Shown in pieces: positions 38,649 to 48,153 of a DNA stretch of 64,000 nt. The notes below the pieces were generated by a model. It saw nothing but the letters and a program-made list of their open reading frames with translations, was not told the origin of the DNA and did no database searches. Position numbers and translations under genes: made by a program. How positions within the stretch are numbered: the stretch's first letter is position 1; every line of letters starts with the position of its first letter. Origin of the DNA: Flavobacteriales bacterium (GTDB lineage Bacteria; Bacteroidota; Bacteroidia; Flavobacteriales_F; PHOS-HE28); contig JBDTNF010000016.1 of assembly GCA_039933875.1 (NCBI GenBank), positions 1,522 through 65,521 of the forward strand. The letters are read 5' to 3'.

Positions 38649-39632
38649 ATGCGCTACCGTCGCCTCGGCACCTCCGGCCTCCAAGTGAGCGAACTCTCGC
38701 TCGGCTCATGGCTCACCTTCGGCAAACAGATCACCGATGCCACAGCCGAGAAGCTCATGCGCATCGCCTATGACGGTGGCATCAACTTCTTCGACAATGC
38801 CGAGATCTATGCGCGTGGCGAGAGCGAGCGCGTGATGGGCAAGATCTTGAAGAAGACGAAATGGCCCCGCGACACATGGGTCGTGAGCAGCAAGGTCTTC
38901 TTCGGTTCAGGCGGCAAGCTGCCGACGCAGACCGGGCTTCATCGCAAGCATGTCCGGGAGGCCTGCAACGATGCGCTCACACGTTTGCAGGTCGACTACC
39001 TCGACCTCTACTTCTGTCATCGACCCGACAAGAACACACCGATCGAGGAGACGGTGTGGAGCATGCACCAGTTGATCATGGCGGGCAAGATCCTCTACTG
39101 GGGCACCAGCGAATGGAACGCGCAGGAGATCATGGAGGCACACATGGTGGCGCGGCAGCACCACCTCATAGGCCCGGTCATGGAGCAGCCGCAGTACAAC
39201 ATGTTCCATCGCGCCAAGGTGGAAGTGGAATATGGACAACTCTACACCACCGTCGGCTTGGGCACCACCATTTGGAGCCCCCTGGCCAGCGGCATCCTCA
39301 GCGGCAAGCACGCACTGGAGGGCGACAAGACATCGCGCCTCCGCATGGCAGGCCTGGATTGGTTGCGTGAGCGTGAACTCACGGCCGACCGGTTGAAGAA
39401 AGTGGAGAAGCTGAAGGTGATAGCGAAGAAGCAGGGGATCTCCCTCGCGGTCATGGCGCTTGCGTGGTGCTTGAAGAACCCGCACGTGAGCACCGTGATC
39501 CTCGGAGCAAGCAAGGAAGCGCAGATCAAGGAGAACCTCTCCGCCGTTGAAGCTCAGGACAAGCTTCCCCCGGAGGTGATGGCGCGCATTGCCAAGGTGC
39601 TCGACAATGAACCAGGGAGGCCGCAGTTCTGA
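38649..39632 (+). CDS. Aldo/keto reductase (Kv-beta-like subgroup)
   Basis: Start at MRYRRLGTSGLQVSELSLGSWLTFG. 'FFDNAEIYARGESE', 'VDYLDLYFCHRPD', 'YWGTSEW'. Confidence 0.9.
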   Translation: MRYRRLGTSGLQVSELSLGSWLTFGKQITDATAEKLMRIAYDGGINFFDNAEIYARGESERVMGKILKKTKWPRDTWVVSSKVFFGSGGKLPTQTGLHRKHVREACNDALTRLQVDYLDLYFCHRPDKNTPIEETVWSMHQLIMAGKILYWGTSEWNAQEIMEAHMVARQHHLIGPVMEQPQYNMFHRAKVEVEYGQLYTTVGLGTTIWSPLASGILSGKHALEGDKTSRLRMAGLDWLRERELTADRLKKVEKLKVIAKKQGISLAVMALAWCLKNPHVSTVILGASKEAQIKENLSAVEAQDKLPPEVMARIAKVLDNEPGRPQF

Positions 39633-39724
39633 TCGGATGGACGGACGGTGTTCCGACTGGGCGAATGTGCAAGGGACGCGGTCAATTGCTATTTTTGACG
39701 CCCGTTCGCGAGAACGGTTGAAGT

Positions 39725-39801
<77 letters not shown>

Positions 39802-39805
39802 CTGG

Positions 39806-39834
39806 AAAGGCGGTTCGCGAGAGCCGCCTTTTTC
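39806..39834 (+). terminator. Intrinsic terminator after tRNA-Ala
   Basis: 11-bp stem AAAGGCGGTTC / GAGCCGCCTTT (one G-U pair) with GCGA tetraloop, running into TTTTTC. Confidence 0.75.
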
Positions 39835-40145
39835 ATTGGGGCCGTGCGAACGCTAACGACGGGATCGACCGGCCCAACATCAAGGTGTTGAAAAACAAGA
39901 CATTGTGCCTGCGTTCCTTGCCTAAGGGCCGTTGATCTTTGTTAACCGAACAATGATCCGGCGGAATAGCCGGTTCCTTTGTAGCGTCGGAGGGAAGGTC
40001 CCTTCGCAAGTTCTTTGGATCGTACACGAAAGGGAGAGGGGAGGGCCGGTTTTCGGAACACTCGGACCTGCAAGGGATCTTCGTCTCCGTTAGGTAGGTA
40101 GGGCAAGGCCCTTCCCTTCCCTTTCACCATCCATCACGCTGAACA

Positions 40146-42821
40146 TCAGCGTATTGCTGCTTTCTTCTTCTTGATGTAGGCGTAGGTAGCCTCTTGCGCA
40201 CGCAGAGGCCGTGCATTGCGGATCCGTTTCCGGTACGGGTTGGTCTGGGCAGCGTCGATCAAGCGCGCCTTCACCCGGTCTTTCCACTGGATCTCCAGAA
40301 GCTCGATCATCTCCTTTTGGATCATGGGGTCGAGCAAGGGGAAAGCCACTTCGATGCGATGGTCCAGGTTACGCCCCATCAGGTCGGCGGAGGAAAGGAA
40401 AAGCAGCGGTTTGCCGTTGTTGTGGAACACGTAGGCACGGCTGTGCTCGAGGAAGCGGTCCACGATACTGATGGCTTCGATGTTGTCGCTCGTTCCGGGT
40501 ATCCCGGGCACCAGGCAGCAAATGCCCCGGATGATCAGGCGCACTTTCACCCCGGCCCTGCTGGCATCATAGAGTTTGCTGATCATGGCCCGGTCCTCCA
40601 GGCTGTTCAACTTCAAGAGGATCGATGCGGGACGACCGCTCAGGGCATGCTCGATCTCCTTGTCCATGAATGCCTCCAGCTGATCGCGCAACGTGAGGGG
40701 GGCCATCAGCAGATGCTGCAGCCTTGGCCTGTGGCGGCGGTCGCGCAGGTGTGCGAACACTTCGGCCACCTCACGGGTGATGGCTTCGTTGCAGGTGAGC
40801 AAAGCCTGGTCGGAATAGAGGGGTGCGGTGCGTTCGTTGAAATTCCCCGTGGCCAGATACGCGTAGCGCCGTGTGCGGGCTTTTTCCACACGCTCGATGA
40901 GGCAGAGTTTGCAGTGGACCTTGAGTCCCTCATAGCTGTAAAGCACCTGCGCACCCGCCTTCTCCAAGGCCTCACCCCAGAACAGGTTCGAGCGTTCATC
41001 GAATCGGGCCTGCACCTCCACGAACACGGTGACCTGTTTGCCGCGGCCCAAAGCATCGAGCAGCGCCGTGCATACCTCCGAGCTTTCAGCTACACGGTAA
41101 AGGGTGATCGCGATGCGCTTCACGGCCTTGTCAGCCGCCGCCTGTTGCAACCACCGGGTGAACATGCCGAAGTCGTGGTATGGGTAGTGCCAGAGCATGT
41201 CGCCCTTGGCCACCGCGGCGAAGGTGTTCTTCACGCGGGCCGAACGTGGATGTGGCCGGGGCGGCCACGGCTTATCGCGAAGGGCCGCATGCCTCTTCAC
41301 GGGCAGTTTCATCAGGTCACTGAAGTTGTGGTAACGCCCGCCCGCCACCATGTCCTGTTTCGAGAGGCCCAGCAGGGTGCGCAAGGCGCGCAAGGTGGCG
41401 TGAGGCATGGCGCTGTCGTACAGGAACCGCGACGGCGTGCCGGTCTGCCGCTTGCGCAGGCTCTTGCGCACTTTCTCCTTGACATTGCCAACGAACTCTT
41501 CGTCCAGGTACAGTTCCGCATCACGCGAGAGCTTGATCGCGTGGCACCCCATCACCTTGTACCCGGTAAAGAGCGACGCCAGATGAACGCGCATCACATC
41601 GTCGAGGAAGATCACATCCGATCGTCCGGCGCGTGACGGCAACGCGATGAAGCGGCCGAGTTCATCACTGGGAATGTTCAAGAGCACCAAGCGTTGCCGC
41701 GACTTGCCCTTGGGCCGGAGGCGGCAGGCGAAATAGAGCTTGCGGTCCTCGATGAAGGGAGCGTTACCGGGCCGCACCGCAGCGGTGTTCAACAGCGGTG
41801 CGATGCGATCGGTGAAGAAGACACGCAAATGTTCGAGTTGTGCCTTGTCCAGTTGGTCCTCCCGCAGGATGCGGATGCCATGCCGCGCAAGGGCAGGCAG
41901 TAGCGTGCCGCGGTACAGCGCGCCGAACTCCTGCTGCTGCTTCAGCGCTTTCCGGTTTATCCGATCCACCAGTTTCTCCGCCGGAATATCCAGCGCGGTG
42001 CGGTCCGTCCGCTTCAATTTGACCAGGCTGCGCAAAGACGCCACGCGCACCCGGTAGAACTCGTCGAGGTTGCTGGAATAGATCGCCAGGAACTTCAGCC
42101 GCTCCAACAAGGGGACGCGCGGGTCCTTCGCTTCCTGCAGCACCCGGTCGTTGAAGGAAAGCCAGCTGAGGTCACGCTCGAAGAAACGTTCGATGGCCGG
42201 GGAGCGCGCGGGCCGCTTGCGTTTGGGCAGGGCGGCTCGTTGACGGAGCACATTGAGGTTGATGCGTTTCTGCAGACCATAGCGGCGTCGGGCATGGGCC
42301 GTGTGGAATCGGTGTGCCTCGAGGTAGGCGAGGTTCTCTTTCAACCACTCATCGTTCCCCAGCTTGCGCTTCCTCTGGACCTCGAGCTCTTTCCGCAGGC
42401 GTTCACTTCGTTCCTCGAAATCCATCTGGCCCGCCTTCGCGGAATCCGCATCGCGCAACACGTTTTGCGCGAGGGTGCGAGGCACAACACCCATGCGTGT
42501 GGCCAGGATCAACGAACGTACGTGCGCGATCGTACGCGACGCGACGCCGTGTTTCCCAAGGAAGGCCGTGGCCAATTGCGCGCTCTTCTCCTCATGCCCG
42601 GCGTACACAAGCGCATAACCCGTGTCATGGAACAATGCGGCTACTTCGAGGGTTCGCAGGTCACCATCGCCGAGTTTCATCGCCTGCCCGATGGCGACCG
42701 CGCTGCGGGTTACGGCAAGTGTATGGTCCAGGTCATGGAACAACAGGTACTTCGGCATACGCCGTGCGAACCAGCGTCGCACGTGCAGCCGGGCCAGGTC
42801 CAATGTCCGCTCGTTGATCAT
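40146..42821 (-). CDS. ppk: Polyphosphate kinase 1 with an N-terminal HD-domain extension
   Basis: The canonical PPK1 N-terminus 'ERFFERDLSWLSFNDRVLQEA' appears only after ~230 aa. The leading region carries HD phosphohydrolase motifs ('LLFHDLDHTLAV', 'AALFHDTGY', 'LRDAD'). The rest is collinear with PPK1, including two PLD-like C-terminal domains. Start chosen at MINERTLDL; the ORF extends to 42896. Confidence 0.9.
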   Translation of the reverse strand: MINERTLDLARLHVRRWFARRMPKYLLFHDLDHTLAVTRSAVAIGQAMKLGDGDLRTLEVAALFHDTGYALVYAGHEEKSAQLATAFLGKHGVASRTIAHVRSLILATRMGVVPRTLAQNVLRDADSAKAGQMDFEERSERLRKELEVQRKRKLGNDEWLKENLAYLEAHRFHTAHARRRYGLQKRINLNVLRQRAALPKRKRPARSPAIERFFERDLSWLSFNDRVLQEAKDPRVPLLERLKFLAIYSSNLDEFYRVRVASLRSLVKLKRTDRTALDIPAEKLVDRINRKALKQQQEFGALYRGTLLPALARHGIRILREDQLDKAQLEHLRVFFTDRIAPLLNTAAVRPGNAPFIEDRKLYFACRLRPKGKSRQRLVLLNIPSDELGRFIALPSRAGRSDVIFLDDVMRVHLASLFTGYKVMGCHAIKLSRDAELYLDEEFVGNVKEKVRKSLRKRQTGTPSRFLYDSAMPHATLRALRTLLGLSKQDMVAGGRYHNFSDLMKLPVKRHAALRDKPWPPRPHPRSARVKNTFAAVAKGDMLWHYPYHDFGMFTRWLQQAAADKAVKRIAITLYRVAESSEVCTALLDALGRGKQVTVFVEVQARFDERSNLFWGEALEKAGAQVLYSYEGLKVHCKLCLIERVEKARTRRYAYLATGNFNERTAPLYSDQALLTCNEAITREVAEVFAHLRDRRHRPRLQHLLMAPLTLRDQLEAFMDKEIEHALSGRPASILLKLNSLEDRAMISKLYDASRAGVKVRLIIRGICCLVPGIPGTSDNIEAISIVDRFLEHSRAYVFHNNGKPLLFLSSADLMGRNLDHRIEVAFPLLDPMIQKEMIELLEIQWKDRVKARLIDAAQTNPYRKRIRNARPLRAQEATYAYIKKKKAAIR

Positions 42822-42882
42822 ACGGAAGGCGGCGAAGATAGCCGGGCCCGCAGGGCGCCTTCTATATTTGGCCGGCTCGCAG

Positions 42883-43947
42883 ATGGACCTCGCCACGGTG
42901 CATACGCTGTACGACGTCCTGCAGGGGGACCGCTTCTGCTTTCTCTATAGCGGGCGTTTCCACGACGAGCACACCGCGAGCCTGATCACCCTCGGCGAGG
43001 AATCGTTGAACGATGCGCGTGCCGATCGGGCCTATCGCCAGCGGCTCTCCTATGTGATGGTGGAGGCGTACCAGAACATACTGCGGCACCGCGCCGCGCT
43101 GGCGCCTGAGTTGGAAAGCGGGGCTGGACGAAGTTTGTTCATGTTGCGAAGTCACGCCGCGGGCGATGAGATCGTAGCGATGGACCCGGTCACCGAGGCC
43201 GAGGTGCCTGCCCTCAAGGCATCCCTGGAACGCATCGGGGGATTGGACCTTCGCCAACTGAAGGAACTTTTCCTGCGCAGTCTGCAGGACGGTTCGCGAT
43301 CGGAACGGGGTGGTGCCGGTTTGGGCCTGATCGAAATGGCACGCCGCTCCGGACATCGGTTGCGCCATGCGTTGACCCCGATCGACGCAGCGCACCGGCT
43401 GTTCACCTTGCAGATCGTGGTGGGCGGGGGCGACACACAGGCCACAGCAATGGAAGCGCTACCCGAGTTGCATGGTTACGTTGCAGGAGCGGACCTGCTG
43501 CTGTTGTGCAAGGGGGCGTCATCGGCCGGTGTTCAGGAAGCGGTGCTGCGCATCATCGAGAAAGACCTCGATGATCGTCCGGACCGCTCCGAGGCGCGCG
43601 CGCGCGCCTATCTGGCCGCGGTCGAATGGTTGCAGGGGTTCGCTGCGGTCGACAATGGCCCGATCGTGGCGCTCGGCCGCCTCAATGGACAGTATGCGCT
43701 GGTTCTGGGTGTCAAGTTGGACCCGGCTGCTGCGGAGCGAACGCAAATGGAAGTGGAGGAGATCAACGCCTTGGAAGGCGCAGGACTGGAGCGTTATTAC
43801 CGCGATGTGCTGCTGGGGCGACGACAGGGCGCCGGCCCGGGCTTCATCGGTCTGCTCGATCTGGCACGCAGAAGCACCGCACGACTACGCGTGGAACGGA
43901 TCACCCGGCCGGATGGTGTGCTGGTGGTCCTCGAAGCCCTGATCTGA
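42883..43947 (+). CDS. Tandem-duplicated GHKL-like (SiaB/RsbW-type) ATPase-fold protein
   Basis: Start at MDLATVHTLYDVL (ATG 42883). The first half ends with the G2-box-like 'GGAGLGLIEMARRSGHRL'. The second half repeats the layout with 'GAGPGFIGLLDLARRSTARL'. It is divergent from ppk across ~60 nt. Confidence 0.7.
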   Translation: MDLATVHTLYDVLQGDRFCFLYSGRFHDEHTASLITLGEESLNDARADRAYRQRLSYVMVEAYQNILRHRAALAPELESGAGRSLFMLRSHAAGDEIVAMDPVTEAEVPALKASLERIGGLDLRQLKELFLRSLQDGSRSERGGAGLGLIEMARRSGHRLRHALTPIDAAHRLFTLQIVVGGGDTQATAMEALPELHGYVAGADLLLLCKGASSAGVQEAVLRIIEKDLDDRPDRSEARARAYLAAVEWLQGFAAVDNGPIVALGRLNGQYALVLGVKLDPAAAERTQMEVEEINALEGAGLERYYRDVLLGRRQGAGPGFIGLLDLARRSTARLRVERITRPDGVLVVLEALI

Positions 43948-44050
43948 GCAACGCCGCTCCTGCACCGCGTTGAACCGTTCACGGATCGCCGCCGCATGGT
44001 GCATACGGATCGGCGTGCTGTTGGAGTTAGCCTGCACAAACCGGCAAGTC

Positions 44051-44185
44051 ATGTTCAGCCTGTTCCTCCGTATCAGCGATCGCGTGGACCGATTCGCGGA
44101 TTGGTTCAATACGCGTTTCGGGTGGTTCTTCACCAATGGCATGAAGGACGGCCCTCCTCCGCGCGGGAGTGGGTTCAAAGCCTGA
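44051..44185 (+). CDS. Possible small protein (44 aa)
   Basis: MFSLFLRISDRVDRFADWFNTRFGWFFTNGMKDGPPPRGSGFKA. Third-codon positions are GC-rich like real genes. The last 11 nt overlap the convergent aldehyde dehydrogenase. No family recognised, so this could be spurious. Confidence 0.3.
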   Translation: MFSLFLRISDRVDRFADWFNTRFGWFFTNGMKDGPPPRGSGFKA

Positions 44186-45617
44186 TACACACGTTCTTCG
44201 CTTCGGTGAAGAAGCGCAACGCGTCCACACCGCCTTCGCGGCCGATGCCACTGTGCTTCACACCCCCGAACGGAGTGCGTAGGTCGCGCACCATCCAGCA
44301 ATTCACCCATACGATACCCGCCTGCAGTGCACGTGCCACGCGGTGTGTGCGTTTCAGGTCCGTGGTCCAAACGATGCTGGCAAGTCCATAGGGGGTGGCG
44401 TTTGCCAGGGCGATCGCTTCCGTCTCGGTGTCGAAAGGCTGAAGCGTGACCACCGGTCCGAAGATCTCCTCCTGATTGGTGCGGCATGCCGGGCCAAGCC
44501 CCTCGATCACTGTTGGGGCGATGTACCAACCGTCCTTCAACGCGCCGGTCAACCGTACGCGCTCACCACCGCACAGCACATGGCCGCCTTCGCCTTTGGC
44601 GATGGCGATATGGTCCAACACCTTCTCCATGTGCGAGCTGGAAACAACGGCTCCAAGGTCGCTGTGCTCATCGGCGGGATCGCCAACACGCAGTTGCTTC
44701 ACATGCGCCACGAACGCGTCACGGAAACGATCGTAGATGCTGCGCTCTATCAGGATGCGCGATCCGCACAAGCAGATCTGCCCCTGATTGGTGAAGCTGC
44801 TGCGCAACGTGGTCTTCAGCATTTCTTCGAAGTCGCAATCAGCGAAAACGAGCACAGGGTTCTTGCCCCCCAACTCGAGGCTCAGTTTCTTGAACATCGG
44901 AGCGGCCACACGCGCGATCTCCGCTCCGGTGCGGGTGCCTCCGGTGAAGGAGATCGCCGGAATGCCGGGGTGCGCGGTGATCGCAGCGCCAACCTTGGGG
45001 CCCAGGCCGTGGATGATGTTGAGCACGCCCGGTGGCATACCGGCCTCTTCGCACAAGAGGCTCATGCGATACGCCGTGAGCGGTGTGACCTCCGACGGCT
45101 TCGCCACCACGCAATTACCGGCGGCCAACGCAGGAGCGATCTTCCAGGTGAACAGGTACAGTGGCAGGTTCCAAGGGCTGATGCATCCCGCCACGCCGAA
45201 CGGTTGCCGATCGGTGTAGTTCACTGCTACATCGTCCATGAGGTGGGCCTCACTCGGGAAGTGAAGGATCGCTGTCGCGAAGAAGCGGAAGTTGGCCACG
45301 GCGCGTGGGATGTCGACCCGACGGGCCAGCTTCAGTGGCTTTCCGTTGTCGCGTGATTCGTCCATCGCGAACGCCTCGAGGTCGCGTTCGATGAGACCGG
45401 CAAGCCTCAGCAGCACTTGACCCCGCCCCTCGCGGCCGAGAGCGTTCCATGCGGGGAATGCGCGGTGCGCAGCGGTTACGGCCAGTTCGACATCACGCCC
45501 ATCACTGTCCGCCAGTTGTGCGTATACCTGTCCGGTCGCCGGCGCATGCACATCCAACCAAGCGCCCCCTAGTGCGGGGCGCAACTCGCCATCGATCAGG
45601 TTCAGGATGCGTTCCAT
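44175..45617 (-). CDS. NAD(P)-dependent aldehyde dehydrogenase (hydroxy/aminomuconic semialdehyde dehydrogenase-like)
   Basis: 480 aa. 'FTGGTRTGAEI', catalytic 'ELGGKNP' and 'NQGQICLCGSRILIE', and 'EEIFGPV'. Confidence 0.9.
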   Translation of the reverse strand: MERILNLIDGELRPALGGAWLDVHAPATGQVYAQLADSDGRDVELAVTAAHRAFPAWNALGREGRGQVLLRLAGLIERDLEAFAMDESRDNGKPLKLARRVDIPRAVANFRFFATAILHFPSEAHLMDDVAVNYTDRQPFGVAGCISPWNLPLYLFTWKIAPALAAGNCVVAKPSEVTPLTAYRMSLLCEEAGMPPGVLNIIHGLGPKVGAAITAHPGIPAISFTGGTRTGAEIARVAAPMFKKLSLELGGKNPVLVFADCDFEEMLKTTLRSSFTNQGQICLCGSRILIERSIYDRFRDAFVAHVKQLRVGDPADEHSDLGAVVSSSHMEKVLDHIAIAKGEGGHVLCGGERVRLTGALKDGWYIAPTVIEGLGPACRTNQEEIFGPVVTLQPFDTETEAIALANATPYGLASIVWTTDLKRTHRVARALQAGIVWVNCWMVRDLRTPFGGVKHSGIGREGGVDALRFFTEAKNVCIRL

Positions 45618-45917
45618 GTGCCCGGGCCGAAGTTAATGGAGGGGCTACCCCCTGAACGCCGAAAGGCCCCCATTCCCATGGAAGCCTTCCGACGCCTTGT
45701 TGCGCGGTCGCGAACCAAAACCTCCTTCGTACGACCAGCCTTTTCGATATGATGGTCCGCCATGCGGCGGATCGAAGAACGTATGCGAAAGCCCAACTAC
45801 GGCTTGCGGATACGAACGTATCCACTGTGCGCAAGGGCTGCTGTTAATGGGCTGCGAAGGATCCCTAAAGAACGTTAACGCGCTGGACCACGGGGGAGGT
45901 GCCGATAGATTCGTTCC

Positions 45918-47477
45918 GTGGACAAACGCTGGATCACCGGGCTGATGGCGGCGATCAGCCTCGCGCTGGTGGGCCTGGTGGCGATCCAGGTCTTCTGGAT
46001 CCGCAACACCATCGCCTTGAAGGAGGCCCAGTTCGATCAGAGCGTGGGCAATGCGCTTTACGCGGTCAGCGATCAGCTTGAGCAAGTGGAGAAGATGAGC
46101 GATCTGAAGCGGCACCGCGCTGGTCGAAGGCTCTTGAAGAAGTTGGACGCGATGCGTCGGGTCGGTTCCGCACCCAGCGTGCCTCATGCCATCGACGAGG
46201 TAGCCGTGCTGGCGACCACCGATTCGGGACACATGGCCGAAGTGCCAGAGCAACCGGTGCCGCCGGAGGACGCCGGTGCAACGGTGGATGCTGAACGGTC
46301 CGAAGAGGCGCCCGCGTGGGACCCCGCGGAGCGTGTGGACCATGAAACCCTCGTGACGGACATGGTGCGCGGGATCCTCGCACAGGAACTGGCGCGCGAC
46401 ATCCATGACCGTGTGGACCGTGACCTTCTGGATTCACTGCTCCAGGCCCAACTTGCGACGAACGGTATCCCCACCGGTGTGGAACATGGGATCTTCACCG
46501 AGCAGGGTGATCCGATCGATCCCGAAGAACCAAGCGGAGCCTCCGTGGAATTGAGCCAGAGTCCCTACCGTGAGCGCCTGTACCGCCACGACCTGGCGGG
46601 CCATCCGTACTACCTGCATGTTCTCGTGCCTGGCCAGCAAGGCATCCTGTTGCGGGGCATGGTGCCGATGTTGCTGGTGTCGGCGCTCTTCGTGGGGGTC
46701 ATCGCCATGGGCTTCGCCTTCACCATCCGCACCATCGTGCGACAAAAGCGGATCAGCGATATCCGCAACGACCTGGTGAACAACTTGACGCACGAACTGA
46801 AGACCCCTATCAGCACCATCGGCCTGGCTTGCGAGGCACTGGCCGACCCCTCCATGCCCAAGACCGAGCAGCAGGTCCGGACCTTCACGAGCATGATCCG
46901 CGATGAGAACAAGCGGCTCGGCGCACTGGTGGAGAACGTTTTGCAGAGCGCTGTGCTGGACAGCGGACACATGGTGTTGAAGCGTGTGGAACTGGACTTG
47001 CACAACCTGATACAGGATGTGGTGCGGAGCAGCGGGATACAGGTCTCGCGCCGCAATGGCCGCATCGAACTGGATCTGCAGGCGGAGATCCATCACCTGT
47101 TCGGCGATCGCATCCACCTGACCAATGTGCTCTACAACCTGATCGACAATGCGGTGAAATACACCGAACAGGAGCCCCGCGTGCGCATCGCTTCACGCAG
47201 CGACGATGTTGGGCTTACCGTAAGTGTTTCGGACAATGGCATCGGCATCGCGCCGGCCGAGCAACGCAAGATCTTCGACCGGTTGTATCGCGTACCCACA
47301 GGCAATATCCACAATGCGAAAGGCTTCGGCCTCGGCCTCAGCTACGTGAAGACCGTGGTCGAACGCCACGGTGGTCGTATCAAGGTGGAAAGCACTCCGG
47401 GCAGAGGCAGTACCTTCCACATCTTCATTCCGTTCGAACATGCAGGCCCCCACAAAGCTGCTTCTGGTAGAGGATGA
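45918..47477 (+). CDS. Two-component sensor histidine kinase
   Basis: N-terminal TM helix, a second TM helix (MVPMLLVSALFVGVIAMGFAF), H-box 'LTHELKTPISTI', N-box 'NLIDNAVKY', and G-boxes 'DNGIGI' and 'GFGLGLSYV'. Confidence 0.9.
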   Translation: MDKRWITGLMAAISLALVGLVAIQVFWIRNTIALKEAQFDQSVGNALYAVSDQLEQVEKMSDLKRHRAGRRLLKKLDAMRRVGSAPSVPHAIDEVAVLATTDSGHMAEVPEQPVPPEDAGATVDAERSEEAPAWDPAERVDHETLVTDMVRGILAQELARDIHDRVDRDLLDSLLQAQLATNGIPTGVEHGIFTEQGDPIDPEEPSGASVELSQSPYRERLYRHDLAGHPYYLHVLVPGQQGILLRGMVPMLLVSALFVGVIAMGFAFTIRTIVRQKRISDIRNDLVNNLTHELKTPISTIGLACEALADPSMPKTEQQVRTFTSMIRDENKRLGALVENVLQSAVLDSGHMVLKRVELDLHNLIQDVVRSSGIQVSRRNGRIELDLQAEIHHLFGDRIHLTNVLYNLIDNAVKYTEQEPRVRIASRSDDVGLTVSVSDNGIGIAPAEQRKIFDRLYRVPTGNIHNAKGFGLGLSYVKTVVERHGGRIKVESTPGRGSTFHIFIPFEHAGPHKAASGRG

Positions 47478-48153
47478 CCCCAATCTGGGCAATTTGCTGG
47501 CCGAATACCTGCGTGCCAAGGGGTTCGACACGGAGTTATGTACCGATGGCCAGCAAGGGTGGCTCGCATACAAAAAGGGCAAGTTCGACCTGCTGATCCT
47601 GGACGTGATGATGCCGGTGAAGGATGGTTTCACCTTGGCACGCGAGATCCGTCAGAACGATGCGGAAACCCCCATCATGTTCCTGACGGCCAAGAGCATG
47701 AAGCAGGACACCATCCATGGTTTCCAGACCGGGGCGGACGATTACCTGACCAAACCCTTCGTGATGGAGGAGTTGTTGCTGCGCATCGGTGCGGTCTTGC
47801 GCAGGACGAACGGTGTGGGGCCCAAAGCGGAAGAGCCGGAGCAGTATGTGATCGGGGCGTCCACCTTCGATCCGCGGAAGCAGGTGTTGCGCACGCCGGT
47901 GGGCGAACGCAAACTCACCACCAAGGAGTCCGAACTGCTGCGCCTGCTCTGCGCACAATGCAACGATGTGCTCGAGCGGTCCGATGCGCTCAACGCCGTG
48001 TGGGGGAACGACAGCTATTTCAGCGGCCGTAGTATGGACGTATACATCGCCAAGCTGCGAAAATACCTGCGCGAGGACCCGGGGGTGGAGATCATCAATG
48101 TCCACGGACGGGGTTTCCGCTTGATCGCCAAGGAGGGGGTCAACAAGGAATAA
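47440..48153 (+). CDS. OmpR/PhoB-family response regulator
   Basis: Start at MQAPTKLLLVEDDPNLG. Receiver domain 'DLLILDVMMP', 'FLTAK', and a winged-helix C-terminus 'LTTKESELLRLL...GRGFRL'. It overlaps the kinase gene by 38 nt. Confidence 0.9.
   Translation: MQAPTKLLLVEDDPNLGNLLAEYLRAKGFDTELCTDGQQGWLAYKKGKFDLLILDVMMPVKDGFTLAREIRQNDAETPIMFLTAKSMKQDTIHGFQTGADDYLTKPFVMEELLLRIGAVLRRTNGVGPKAEEPEQYVIGASTFDPRKQVLRTPVGERKLTTKESELLRLLCAQCNDVLERSDALNAVWGNDSYFSGRSMDVYIAKLRKYLREDPGVEIINVHGRGFRLIAKEGVNKE

Noticed and set aside
39802-40145. Integrated mobile element at the tRNA-Ala 3' end
   Set aside because: No integrase or other mobile-element gene follows. I could not find a direct repeat of the tRNA 3' end in the window. 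The gap is only ~300 nt before a housekeeping gene (ppk).
42622-42882. 87-aa N-terminal extension of the GHKL-like ORF
   Set aside because: This part is antisense to the 5' end of ppk and is R/S-rich. The plausible start MDLATVHTLYDVL at 42883 leaves a normal divergent spacer.
45918-48153. The two-component pair as PorY/PorX, the T9SS regulators
   Set aside because: The response regulator has an OmpR-type winged-helix DNA-binding output. PorX instead carries a PglZ/alkaline-phosphatase-like domain. The pair is only a positional candidate regulator for the neighbouring cargo genes.
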